Of a stretch of DNA of 64,000 nucleotides, positions 37,685 through 50,981 are shown in pieces. Position 1 is the stretch's first letter, and each line of letters starts with the position of its first letter. The DNA lies in the NCBI GenBank assembly GCA_951406725.2, contig OX597814.1:223882001-223946000 (forward strand), read 5' to 3'. The stretch comes from Octopus vulgaris. Lineage: Eukaryota. The translations under genes were made by a program, and so were the position numbers. Under the pieces are notes generated by a model. That model did not search any database. It worked only from the letters and a program-made list of their open reading frames with translations, and had not been told where the DNA came from.

Positions 37685-38011
37685 CAGAGCCGGATTTGCC
37701 ATTGTGCTTAGGTGTGCTTAAGCACAAGGCCCAGTCAACCAGGTGAGGCCCATCTGCCTGCCCCCAAAATTTTTTACAATAAATTTTTCAAAGATCAAAA
37801 ATTCAAAGGCACAAAAAGAAAATGACAATCCCCAGACACAACAGAAAAATTCAAATGTTTTTCCTAAAAGTTATAAAAGTGAAATTAATAACGTAAACGC
37901 TTTTACATGCTATTTTTTAACAAAATTGTGTATAAACAATTCTCTATACAAAAGTAAGGGGTCTCATAACTTAACTAGCACAGGGCCCCATTTGTCCTAA
38001 ATCTAGCACTG
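37685..38011. mobile_element. hAT-type MITE with 8-bp TSD
   Basis: Imperfect TIRs cagagccggattt / aaatctagcactg; TSD accacaac on both sides. Confidence 0.82.
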
Positions 38012-38176
38012 ACCACAACAACCACCATCATTATCACAGCATGGGCAAAACTATTATCACAACATGACACCAGACACAACCATGTAGGCAGACCAATATC
38101 ACTAGATTATAGACAGATGAAATGCCACTTGTCCTAACAGATGGCTGGATGTCACTATAACACATAGACACACACA

Positions 38177-38563
38177 GGCGCAGGAGTGGCTGTGTGGTAA
38201 GTAGCTTGCTAACCAACCACATGGTTCCGGGTTCAGTCCCACTGCGTGGCATCTTGGGCAAGTGTCTTCTACTATAGCCCCAGGCCGACCAATGCCTTGT
38301 GAGTGGATTTGGTAGACGGAAACTGAAAGAAGTCGGTCGTATATATGTATATATATATATGTATATATGTGTTTGTGTGTCTGTGTTTGTCCCCGATGCT
38401 GGTGTGTTTACGTCCCCGTTACTTAGCGGTTCGGCAAAAAGAGACCGATAGAATAAGTACTGGGCTTACAAAGAATAAGTCCCGGGGTCGATTTGCTCGA
38501 CTAAAGGCGGTGCTCCAGCATGGCCGCAGTCAAATGACTGAAACAGGTAAAAGAGTAAAAGAG
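38177..38563 (+). mobile_element. SINE family A copy
   Basis: Matches the family, with a small internal deletion. Confidence 0.9.
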
Positions 38564-39211
38564 AGATGTCTCTTGGCCATCCAGGTAAACGATCAGATTT
38601 AAAGACATCACTAAATAAGATGACCAAATAGTCAGATATATAGACATCCCTAAACTAGATAAGTAATCTGATATGCATTGCCATTAAACCAGACAGAAGG
38701 ATGTCACCAGAACAGACAGAGACAGATATACATTACTAGAGGACTTGCAGATACATTCGAGCATCTGACAAGTTATCTGTGGTATTTAGTTACAGCCTTT
38801 TACATTTTTAAGTCCTGCAGAGGTCAAATTTTACATTTCATCCTTCCAGTGTTGATAAAAATAAAGTACCAGTTAAATTATTGGGTTTGCTTTATATTTT
38901 CTTATTCCAATAATTCATCTTAGATGTGGATGGAATTATAACAGAAGATAGATGGGTATCACTAGATCAAACTGACATCATCATCACACCACAAACACTC
39001 AGATACAGCTACATCATAGACAGACAGATTGACAGACACCACCACCACTACAGACAGTCAGATATCATCATAATTAGACATGGCCATCACCACCAACAGA
39101 CAGACAAATATCACCAGAGACAGATAGATATCACCATACACATATAACCATCCCACAAACAGATATAGAAATATCAGCACAAACAATTATATAAATGAGT
39201 AAACAAATTAC

Positions 39212-39329
39212 CTGCAACCATAGTTTGAGAAGTCATAGAAGTTTGCCTGACACCGATCACATCGGTCACCAGTCACTCCAGGTTTACATTGGCATTTTCC
39301 TTGATTATTACACTGAAGATCAACAGAAC
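39212..39329 (-). CDS. LAMC1: Laminin gamma exon, LE (118 nt)
   Basis: [39 protein letters not shown]; phase 1-2. Confidence 0.92.
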
Positions 39330-40618
39330 CTAGAAAAGGGATATCAAAAAATATATTAGCTTTTCACTTGGACTCAAGACAATAAATTGGAGAGGTTGGG
39401 TACAATAGTTTTGTCTTCATAACCAGACTGAGCCACTGAATGAATGACAGATAAACCTAAAATAAAAGACTCCCTTCAGTCAGGAATGACCATGGGATTA
39501 CACCTAGAAACTTCACTTCCAAGGCACTAGTCCAGGTAAGGCTGTTTATGGAAGAATAATAGTCACCCATGCATACAAACCTCCCTTCTCCATGCCACCA
39601 ATTTTATCCAAGGGAAAAGCAAAGGCCAATACACCTTGGTACCAGTGACATTGCAACTCATTTCTACAGCTGAGTGAACTGGAACAATGTGAAATAAAGT
39701 GTCTTGCTCAAGAACACAACACATAGCCCAGTCTGGGAATCGAACTCATTACCTCATGATTGTGAGCTTGACACTCTAACCACTGAGCCATGTAGTTCAT
39801 ATAGACCTAACATACCACTCTGCTTAACACCATCATCACTTGGTTCTTGCAAATTGAGTGATTGGTATACTGGTTCATTGATAGATTTAGCATCCCATTT
39901 GGTTCAACAGTCACCACCTAGTTCTTTGTAATTGACTTCAATAGTATATTGGTTGAATGGTCGGCCTAACAGATTGGTATACTGGTGGAATGGGTCTTGC
40001 TAAGTGAGTTCAATGACTGATTGATATACCAGTTGAATGGTAGGCCTATCTCTACCACCCAGCTCTCAATATCATTACAACCTAGTCCTTTATAGCTGAG
40101 TTCAATACCTGGTTAGTACACTGGTTGAATAGTAGGCCAAACATACCACTCAGTTCAGTACTTTTACCATCTGGATCTTGCTAATTGACTTCACTAGCTC
40201 ATTAGTACACTGGGTGAATGTTAGCTTTAACACAGCACTCAGTTTAAGATGAATTGAAATGCTCAAAGCCATTCCCCCCATCCCACCCCCATTCCAATGT
40301 GGAATTTACAGTACATTCAATTAACAACAATTCTTCATATGTGATTACTACTTTATTTCATCAACTCTAGGTCAATCGAAAATAGTCAGTACTGGAAAGA
40401 TTCAAACTCTTGACTGACAAGTACGAAACTAAAGCTACAATGCACTTACTGACCTATTTGAGCATTTCAACTAAGTTAATCCACCAGTCTACTTAGAAAG
40501 TTTTAATCTGAAAATTTAATGCTAACCAACATTTGACATATTTACATGGAAATTAAGAAAGATCTCAAAACTGTTTGATACGAGGACCATGTAGGAATAT
40601 TAAAAGAGCCAGACTTAA

Positions 40619-40839
40619 CCCTTTCGTTACTGTATTTATTTTGAGATGCTCTGTGTTTCTTTCAATTATTTTAAATATAACAAAGAATTTAGTAAAATAA
40701 CTTAGTTATCACTCAGTAAGTATTATGAACATAAATTGTGACTAAGGTTTGGTGGTATATTTTAATGTAAAACTTATGAAAACAAGACATTTGTATTACA
40801 CAGCCAGAGCCGGTTTTGGCCGGGTTGGTAACGAAAGGG
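40619..40839. mobile_element. piggyBac-type MITE (221 bp)
   Basis: TTAA|ccctttcgttac...gtaacgaaaggg|TTAA. Confidence 0.9.
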
Positions 40840-41820
40840 TTAAGGAAACTTTTTCAGTGTTAAATAATTCTATTAATGTTTATTAAATTGTAAACTCATG
40901 TAAACAAAAGCAAAGTATTACTTCAAGCTAATGTCAGCTTGAAAATACTTTGAATGATGACATAAGGGACATGATCAGATTGTTTACACACTAATTTAAA
41001 CATGAAGTTATAGCTACAGCGGTAAAATATAAGCAGACTCTCAAGTCTTTTTTTAGAGTAAAAAGGCAATATCTAAAGACAGACACAGAAATATGAAATT
41101 TTGTAACTGAAAGGTTGCAATCTTAATTTTTGTTTTAAATTTCAATTTGTAAACTTAATTATATTCCACCTATATCTCCCTCTATAGTTCATATATTATC
41201 TCTCTCTCTCTGTATATATATATACTCTTTTACTCTTTTACTTGTTTCAGTCATTTGACTGCGGCCATGCTGGAGCACCGCCTTTTTAGTCGAGCAAATC
41301 GACCCCAGGACTTATTCTTTGTAAGCCTAATACTTATTCTATCGGTCTCTTTTGCCAAACCGCTAAGTAACGGGGACGTAAACATACAAGCATCGGTTGT
41401 CAAGCGATGTTGGGGGGGGGGGACAAACACAGACACACAAACACACACACACACATATATATATATACATATATATATTATTGATAATTTATAAGGGAAT
41501 TCTACAAACGATTTCAATTTTACTCAGTTAGGTTTTCAAAAATTTGTCCATATCAACAGTTACTATATAAATTTTGTTATAATTCTTATTAGATAAGAAT
41601 TTAGAGATATATTCCGCTGATTTATTCCAAACTTTTAACCATATATTAAACGTATGTAGGTCAATATTAAGCTGTATTTAAATCAAAATGTAAATTTCAA
41701 TTCATGAAATGCCACTTTATCATTATATATTTATCATTATATATATATAATGGTTGTATACTGTCAATCTCTCCACCACCGTACACCTCTCTACGAGAGA
41801 TTTAGAAACTCAATATTTCT

Positions 41821-41869
<49 letters not shown>

Positions 41870-41940
41870 CAATTGCAGTGTGGAAGGTGTTTGTAAGCCA
41901 TTTAAGAAACACACAAAAGCCGTTCAACATTTAAGTTTAA

Positions 41941-41991
41941 TTTGTCAAAATATTTTCGTCGCTATAAGACCGCGACCTGTTCACTGACAAA
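41941..41991 (-). ncRNA. Minimal hammerhead-like motif with G3:C8 core variant
   Basis: tttgtca GTGAACA g gtcgc ggtcttata gcgac GAAA atat TT tgacaaa. Confidence 0.6.
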
Positions 41992-42142
41992 AATCGTGGT
42001 GCAGCACGGATTTTTGTCAGTGTATATCTTATACACACACACATACATTAATCAAAGTATACAGTATTGTAGATCCATTTCAGCTAATCTTGACACTCAG
42101 TTTTGCGCTGGATATTAATTAACGGCATGAGCGAGTAACACC

Positions 42143-43031
42143 ATATGCAGACGACATCAAGCTGTACCTTGAAATCAAGAGGACTGATCCTGATGTCTAC
42201 AACTCTTTCCTGCAATCAGACCTAGACACAATGCAGCAATGGATCACAGACTGGCAACTGAAACTGGCTGTGGACAAGTGTACCACCATGCATTTTGGGA
42301 GAAAAAACCCTGCGTCCACATACTCCCTCCACAACACTGATATCAAGAAATCCTCTTGCGAGCGTGACCTAGGCATCACTGTCAGCAGTGATTTGCGTTG
42401 GACAAAGCATATCTCTAAAATTGTCAAGAAGGCCGAGGGTGTCTTGGTATCACTCAGCAAGACTTTTGTTAGCCGCTCTCCAGCCATCTATTTAAAACTG
42501 TATACAGCTATGGTACGACCACACTTGGAATTCGCATCATCAGTTTGGAATCCCTATCTTGTTCAGAACATTGACCTCCTGGAATCTGTCCAGAGACGTG
42601 CAACCAAACACATACCCTCCATCAGACACCTACCATATTCTGAGCGCCTTGTTTCCCTGGGCATGGATTCACTGAAGCTCCGGCGTCTGGTGACGGACTT
42701 GGTAAACACCCACAAGGTTATCAACCACCTCACCAACAACAACACTGAACACCTTTTTGATCTCCATGTGTCTAACACACGTGGACATGCCTACAAAGTC
42801 AGAAAATAGCACAGCTCCCATGACTTTCGGAAACATTTTTTCACGCTCAGGGTTGCTGAAGCGTGGAATAAACTGCCTGCGTCAGTTGTTGACTGCCATG
42901 ACACTGCATCCTTTAAGGCCCTCATGCTTCCCGAAATCCGTCGAAACTACACCTGATTATATATACACTTTAGATGAGTTGTAGTGCACCTGAGCATTGT
43001 ACACAATTATTATTATTATTATTATTATTAT
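42143..43031 (+). mobile_element. 5'-truncated CR1-clade LINE
   Basis: YADDIKLY, LQSDLD, ERDLGI, VRPHLEFASSVWNP, LESVQRRATK, TRGH, RVAEAWNKLP; one in-frame stop; (TTA)n tail. Confidence 0.92.
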
Positions 43032-43245
43032 TTTATATGCTCTTCAAAGATAGCAAGTATTTTATTTTTTCCATACCTGCCATCCCTGAAGAATTTGTAG
43101 TGTTACATAACTTTGCTGTTATCGTTGTATGGTTACCTAATCTCCTGTATGAAACTGACAGGTAAGATTAGGTGAAATGGATCTATAGTTCTGTATACTT
43201 AGATTAATATATGAGTGCATATTTTTTATGATATGGATTCTTAGA

Positions 43246-43281
<36 letters not shown>

Positions 43282-43509
43282 GATTGGGGGAGAGACAGGC
43301 TGAAAAAACCCATACACACACAAACAGAGGCAGACTCCATTTGATTTGCCTTTGATCCACGATATGAAAACAAAATGTTTCCATGTCATACCTGCGACTC
43401 AGTGAAATACAGCTTGTTAATCTACCATAAAATAAATATGACTAAACATAAGGCCAATAAATATGAAGAGAAAGAAGAAGTAGTTACAGTGTTATCTGTT
43501 CGTACTTAC

Positions 43510-43698
43510 CAATTGGATTACAATTGCATGGCATGCACATATGTTGTGGCTGTTTCAAGAAGTGGTTCACTTTGCACTGGTCACACGCAGGTCCAGCAGT
43601 GTTGTCCCGACAGTTGATACAGTAGCCACCATGACCAGTTTGGTCATACAAAGTTTGGTTGAAAATACATTCCCGAGATTTTCCATTGCAGTTACACT
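43510..43698 (-). CDS. LAMC1: Laminin gamma exon, LE (189 nt)
   Basis: CNCNGKSRECIFNQTLYDQTGHGGYCINCRDNTAGPACDQC...CNCNPI; phase 1-1. Confidence 0.93.
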
Positions 43699-43881
43699 CT
43701 GAAATCAGACAAATAAATGGATAAATAAATAAAATGCACAAGTCACAATATTTGCAATCAGTGCATCACAGACATCTATTTTAATGACGTGTATAACTGT
43801 GAGTATATCTGTGCAAGAAAGGTTGGGGTGGTTGAGGATTCTACATTTAATGAATTGCAATAAAGATGACATCTTTAGTAC

Positions 43882-44244
43882 TTTGCTTTATTTGTACTTG
43901 TGACGGTGTTCACCCAGGGCAGGTTGAGCCAGCTTCTTCTCTGGTCCTGACGGCATCACAAACCATAGCAGCCCATGCTCAATGGTCCTGTACAAGGTCA
44001 CTGGAGATAGCAAGCCATTTGCGGTTCCATCTGCGCAGACCGACCACCTGCGGACCTGAGAGTTCGGAGAGGTCCTCCTTTATCATCGTTGCCCAGGTCT
44101 TCAGCTGCCCACCCATGCGTTTGTGCCAGTTGGGAAGTGGAGGTGGGAGGAGGACATTGCAAATCAGCTCACCCTGTGGACGCTGGGCCACATGACCGAA
44201 CCACCTTAAGAGCCGTTGTAGAAGCACCGAAGCACGAATACAAA
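43882..44244 (-). mobile_element. RTE LINE 3' fragment, third family, with 14-bp TSD
   Basis: LRWFGHVAQRP...GGQLKTW; TSD gacatctttagtac at 43868-43881 and 44245-44258. Confidence 0.85.
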
Positions 44245-46007
44245 GACATCTTTAGTACATAATATCAAGTAAGCGAACCATCCGTTCATGGCCGTTGCCA
44301 GCGCTGCTCCGACTGGCCTCCATGCCGGTGGCACGTAAAAAGCACCATCCGTCCGTGGCCGTTTGCCAGCACCATCTGGCACCTGTGCGGGTGGCACATA
44401 AAAAGCACCCACTACACTCACGGAGTGGTTGGCGTTAAGAAGGGCATCCAGCCGTAGAAACGCTGCCAGATCAGACTGGGCCTGATGCAGCCTTCTGGCT
44501 TCACAGACCCCAGTTGAACCGTCCAACCCATGCCAGCATGGAAAGCGGACGCTAAACGATGATGATGATCATCATCATCATACTAGTTATATAATCCATT
44601 CCAGGAACTAGAGAGGTAGAAAGGAGAATTTAGAGTCAGAATTCAGATGTATCAAGACTGTCATTCTTATAACTTTCATGTCACTGGTAATCACTCTTCC
44701 ACAAATTTCAACAGTTTTCCTAACTGAAGAATATCTACAGCATGGGCAGATAGTCCTTCCGGGTGTAGCTTTCCTTCAGTTGGCACTTTGGGAAACAGTC
44801 CAGATTTAACTAATTCAAGAAAAAAATGTTTCGAACTTTATTGTTATTTCACATTTACTTTCCATGTTGGCATGGAGCAGATGGGTCATTTCTGGTCTTC
44901 CAGATGGATCAGGAAAGCACATTACATCTATTATCTTTGTATTTAATTTGGTTTCAATGGCTGGATATCTTTCCTAATACCAACCACTTTAAAGAGTGTA
45001 CTACATGCATTTTGTTTGTAGCACTAACACTAGAGGGATTGCTATGTTTTTTGACAAGACTAACACATTTTCACAACCCTACACTTTGCAGGGTGAACCG
45101 GGTACATTCCATTGTGGCACCAATACCAGAGAGAATGTGAGTGAGAAAGTGATGGGTAGCAAGGGAATGGTCAGTGAAGAAGATAGGTAGAGTGTATGAG
45201 GAAAATGCAAGTCTGGTGGAGTTTCTTAATTATATATCTGAAGAAGGTGAAAGAGCTAGAGTGATAAGGATGAGAGAAGGAAGGACGATAGTACAAAGTC
45301 CAAAATTCCCTATTCTATGAAACAAGACTAACGGGCACTTAAAATTTGCAACATACATATTATCATGTATTTTGGTAACTGTATTGTTGAAAACCAACTT
45401 CCTTTTTTTTTTAAAGAATCAACTTGACTTTTAATACTTTCCATGACTATGACTGACAGATACAATAGAGAAAATGCCAGCCTTTAACAGTATTGCATCT
45501 AGAAGATTTCTCTTGAAACAAAGCTCCAAGGTAGTTTATTCTACATTGTTCATAGCAGAACTTGAGTACAACACTAAAAGCTAAGAAAACATTTGTCAAC
45601 TATACAATGCTTCTACTACTTGCAGTGGTGAATAGTACCACACAACTGCACCCATGTACAATTAGCTAGATGTTTCCACATAAAGCATAAAAAAACCTGT
45701 GGCTTAAGTTTTACAAAAAGTAAAGCAGTAACAACCCCAAAACAAACAAAATACCACAGAAAAAAATGAAATAAATACACAGAAATACCAATACAAAAAA
45801 CTTCTTTTGTTTGACAAATAAGTATACACTATGTAAAAATACTTACCTGAAATTATATCCTGAGAGCAATAATAAAAGATGAAAAGATAATTTTACAGTA
45901 ACTATTGATACAAAAACCATTTTAAAATACATTAAACTTTGCTTGTTCATCAAATAGTTTAATTAGTGTCAAATCTTTATTTCTCGTTGGGTTCCATCAC
46001 TCACACT

Positions 46008-46290
46008 TTAATAATAATAATAATATTATTATTATAATTATTATTGTTATTGTTATTATTATTATTTTTTCTTCTTTCAAATTTGCTTCCATTTCTTGCC
46101 AAGTGTCTTCCCGACTCCTAGGGCAAAGAAACTCATAGTATACATTGGTAGGCCATTAAACTAAACTCAATAGTTCGTTCATTTTTTTTTTTTTAAGTTA
46201 AATTAAAATACATGGGTAGTAATAGATCTCACATCGACAATGCTCTTCTCAATACGTGTGATGTACCAGTTAAGACAATCTTTTGCACTT
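46008..46290 (-). mobile_element. 3' end of an R4/Dong-like non-LTR retrotransposon with (TAA)n tail
   Basis: VQKIVLTGTSHVLRRALSM* resembles the QKxxLLGTxxILR C-terminus of restriction-like-endonuclease elements. Confidence 0.6.
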
Positions 46291-46620
46291 TAAGGACCCA
46301 TCACTAAAATATGATGGGTCCTTAAACCTCATAAAATACGAGAATGGAAATAAAATATTGATTTCAAATTTTGGCAACAAGGTCAGCAAATTCAGAGGAG
46401 GGATAAAATCAATTACATTGACCCCAGTGCTCAATTGGCACGTATTTTATTGATCCCGAAAGGAGGAAAGGCAAAGCTGACCTCAACAGAATTTGAAATG
46501 TAAAGATGGACTAAACGCCAGAAAGCATTTTGCTTGGCATACTAACGAGTTTCCCAGTTCTCTGCCTTCTCTAAGAGAAATAAAATACTATGAGTAATTT
46601 TGATTAACTTAATCACTTAC

Positions 46621-46787
46621 GTAGACACTCTTGAGCATCAGTTTCTGTTGCTCTTTTCCAGGGTCTATCGTTGTAAAAACTACTGCACTTTTCACAGCTT
46701 ACTCCTGCAGTGTTGTGCTCACACTTACACCGGACACGGTTATCAGCGGTTTTTTCACAGGCTTTAGCATGACCATTACATTTGCAT
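46621..46787 (-). CDS. LAMC1: Laminin gamma exon, first LE module (167 nt)
   Basis: tttcag|...|gtaag; CKCNGHAKACEKTADNRVRCKCEHNTAGVSCEKCSSFYNDRPWKRATETDAQECL. Confidence 0.93.
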
Positions 46788-46954
46788 CTGAAACAAAAAA
46801 GAAACTATAAATTATTGGCAGGAAATAATCATGAAGGTTTCAAAACTAATTGTTTGAGAGTAAACATCAATCAATATAAAGAAACTTGACAACAAATCAG
46901 GCTTAAGAAATTTAGCAAAACACATGCAACAATATTTTTCTTTTACACAGTAAA

Positions 46955-47120
46955 AGGTGCAGGAGTGGCTGTGTGGTAAGTAGCTTGCTTACCAACCACA
47001 TGGTTCCGGGTTCAGTCCCACTGCGTGGCATCTTGGGCAAGTGTCTTCTGCTATAGCCCCAGGCCGACCAATGCCTTGTGAGTGGATTTGGTAGACGGAA
47101 ACTGAAAGAAGCCAGTCGTG

Positions 47121-47176
<56 letters not shown>

Positions 47177-47375
47177 TGTGTCTGTGTTTGTCCCCCTAGC
47201 ATTGCTTGATAACCGATGCTGGTGTGTTTATGTCCCCGTCACTTAGCGGTTCGGCAAAAGACACCGATAGAATAAGTACTGGGCTTACAAAGAATAAGTC
47301 CCGGGGTCGATTTGCTCGACTAAAGGCAGTGCTCCAGCATGGCCGCAGTCAAATGACTGAAACAAGTAAAAGAGT
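46955..47375 (+). mobile_element. SINE family A, full copy
   Basis: Matches the family; a 3'-half copy lies at 48551-48741. Confidence 0.9.
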
Positions 47376-49064
47376 AGGACATTGTGCAGAAACATGGAAT
47401 CTCAAAATAATATGAAAGCTTAAACAGTTATGAAGAAGAAACAGGAATGGCAAAACCCATGAAGAGATAATGGCTTCTGAACATTATGTTCACTGAGAAT
47501 ATAAAACAACACTTTTTTTTTAAGGCAAGGAGACAGTAAAACACACACACACACTCATTTACTTGCATACATATGCACATTTGTACACCAAGCTTCTTTC
47601 AGTTTCTGTCTACAAAATGCACTCATAAGGCTTCGGTTGGTTTAGGGCTTTTGTAGAAGACACTTGCCCAAGGTTCTAAGCAGTATAATTGAATCCATAA
47701 CCATACATTTGATACTATCAACCTGAGGTTGATGATTAATTAACTCCTTTTTTGCAAAATTTCAGATCTTGTGCCTACTATGTGAGAAAGAAATACTAAT
47801 CTAGCTGAAGTCAAATTTTCATTTTTCTATGTACCCCACCTGACAAAATTTGGGACCTTGTTTCTATATAACATATCAAAAACAGTACCCAGATATGAAG
47901 TCCTTGATTCACAAAACTCAAAAAATCATTATGCAGAATTAACAGCTGGCTATAGAAGAGATGACTAGATCTTTGTCATTTTAAAGTATTCTATTTTTCA
48001 AAGGTGGAAAGGTGTGTAATACAATTCACAGGTTTCTATGAGTTTTAGCTCCATGTTATATCTCGTCTGTAAGACTCGTCAATTTTTAAATAACAAGCCT
48101 AATTAAAATTTATTCCATTGATTGAAGTAAAAATTCAGGGCTTAATAATCTTCCAACATACTTTGCATTAAAAACTTATTTTCAAGATGTGAGAAGAAAT
48201 AAACTTTCTTTTTGTTTCCTTTCCTGCAGACTTTTAGTTAAAAATACTACAAGCAGGAACTCACTGTTACTTTAAGATGCTTCCTTTCTTATATAATTCC
48301 ATCAATCTTCTGTGTGTGCCCCATGTGATGGGTAGATACCAACACAAGGTGTCACTTGAATTTCAGTTGACATTTTAATGGAGTTACTTAATATCTTCAA
48401 AGGAGTAAACTTTAGAAAGAATGTGTTGACCTGATCATAATTAATGAGAATTTTCTAAACAAATTAAGCATCCTTCAGCAGTAAAACATGAAATGCCAAT
48501 TATGATTTATGCGTCTGGTTCTATATGAACTGCGAAAATAAAGACCAAGACCCTAGCATTGCTTGACAACCGATGCTGGTGTGTTTACGTCCCCGTCACT
48601 TAGCGGTTCGGCAAAAGAGAACGATAGAATAAGTACTGGGCTTACAAAGAATAAGTCCCGGGGTCGATTTGCTCGACTAAAGGCAGTGCTCCAGCATGGC
48701 CGCAGTCAAATGACTGAAACAAGTAAAAGAGTAAAAGAGTAAGCCACATCTGAAAGTAACCAGTTGCTTTGGCTGTGTAAGGCCCTAAGTCAACAACGAT
48801 CAATCAAGTCCATGGCATGTAGGTTGTCAATTGAATGACCAGGAGTGACCCACAGGTTCATCTTGTTAGTTATACCATGTTTCCATCCAGCTCAATACCA
48901 AACTGCACACTCTAGTAGGCAATGATGATTCATATGGGATCTACAGTAAGATAGTCTGAACTTACTGCAATTATTCAACTGTTCAGTCTGTCTTATGCAC
49001 TTGTAGATTCTGATAATGGTTCAAAAGAGGTGAGCAAAGTGAACTCAGTCACAGCATGACATTC

Positions 49065-49102
<38 letters not shown>

Positions 49103-49708
49103 CCTTCATTATTTTGACATCCACTTCTAGATGCTTGCATGGGTGAGTCAGATAGAATTCATTGAGGCAGATTTTCTACAATTGGATGCTCTCCCTACCT
49201 CCAGCCTCACCTGTTTCCAAATAAGATGATGCTTCTCATGGCTTGGCATGATTTCACAAAAGACAGGCAATGAAGGACATCACTTATATGACAGTGATGC
49301 TCCTTGACAACTACCACATGAGGTCAGACATATAAATTCCAAGAAGCAGTAAATTACAGAACTCAATACATAAACATTGAGTGTTCCTTAAAAACATTAC
49401 AACTGAAAGGCTCATAATTCCAGTACTCCAAGTTTCACATTTCCGATTATTCAACTGGTGGGAAGAGCATCCAGCCATAGAAACCATGTTAGGACAGACA
49501 ATGGAGCCTGGTGGAGTCCCTGGCCTTACCAGTACCAGTCAAACAGTCCAAGCCATGCTACATGGAAAAACAGATGATGATGATCTGAACCTAGTGACAA
49601 GTACAAAAACAGCAGTTCCAAGCTCTTTTAATTTCATTTCCGGCTCTTAAGGGCCACTGAGGTTATTAATGAAGTCATGTGGCCAGTAAATAACAGGACA
49701 GCATTTAA

Positions 49709-49929
49709 CCCTTTCGTTACTGTATATATTTTGAGATGCTCTGTGCTTCTTTCAATTATTTTAAATATAACAAAGAATTTAGTAAAATAACTTAATTATC
49801 ATTAAGCTAGTGTTAGGAATATAAATTGCAACTAAGGTCTGGTGGTATATTTTAATGCAAAACTTATGAAAACAAGACACTTGTACTACAGAGCCAGAGC
49901 CGGTTTTAGCCGGGTTGGTATCGAAAGGG
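49709..49929. mobile_element. piggyBac-type MITE copy
   Basis: Same as 40619-40839, TTAA-flanked. Confidence 0.9.
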
Positions 49930-50981
49930 TTAACCTCAAAAGTCTTTATTCAGCTTTGTGCATACAAAGAAAAAAAATTCAAAAAGATATTAAGCATTTT
50001 TTCAGAGAATAAAGTTTGGTTCAGACCATCTATGTTTCTCCTTCACCACCATATTTCTTGTTTGATAACACAACTAGCATTTGAAGTTCTACTGTCCTTG
50101 TAAACAGACAAAATTCACCTCGCAGTTGCTTCCATCCGAAGCCGATTTCATAATCATCAAGAACAGAGACCAAAATAAATACTAATTACATATATATTCA
50201 CATACATAAGCGCAATAAATAGCATCAAACACCTAACGACTGTATATTCTGTCAGACTATTCCTAACAGGTGGAACCTTTATGAATAATTAATTGTATGG
50301 ACTTTCTAAATGAGGTGTTAAGAGATATTATATTCATGATATTTTCCTAAGATAGTAATATATCCATAAGCAAAATGGTCTTCCTAATAACAAAATATAA
50401 TAATTTAACCATTAGTATTTAAACTGGCCTTATCCAGCCCAAATATTCTTTTGTTTTATATTCAAACTAGCCAAATCTGGCTTTTCACACCTATCCTACA
50501 ATGTCATTTTAAAACTAAACAATCACATCATTGAAATTTCAAAGCCACAAGATAAAACATGATTGATTCAAAACAATATGAATAGATTAGGATTACATTT
50601 AACTGGGTAATCTAAATGCTGAAGAGTTAAGGCCAAAATTCAGTCGTGCAAAAGCAGATAAACATATCAATGAGAATGCCATTGAAAAAACCCAAAATGG
50701 CACATGTGTGTGTGTGCGTGACCACTGCTTGACAACAGGTGTTAGTTGTTTACAACCGTTAACTTAGTGGTTCAGTAAAAGAAACTGAGAGAATAAGTAC
50801 CAGACTTTAACAACAGAATTAGTTATTGCTATAACTCACACAATTTTGAAGTCATTTTAGAACTTTTTAAAACTGTAGAAAATATATCAGTCATCTTGGA
50901 GACATTGAATTGGTAAAGAGGAATTTACTGAGACAATAACTAATAGAAAGATGGATTGCCATAATAGAGCTTCCATATAAA

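Larger units (their letters stand above)
1087..46787 (-). other. LAMC1: Laminin subunit gamma (LAMC1-like) gene, partial: 21 exons, both ends outside the window
   Basis: All exons have AG/GT ends and matching phases, giving an uninterrupted frame. Domain order is LE repeats - L4 - LE repeats with NIDLNAV - coiled coil, as in laminin gamma chains. Confidence 0.95.
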
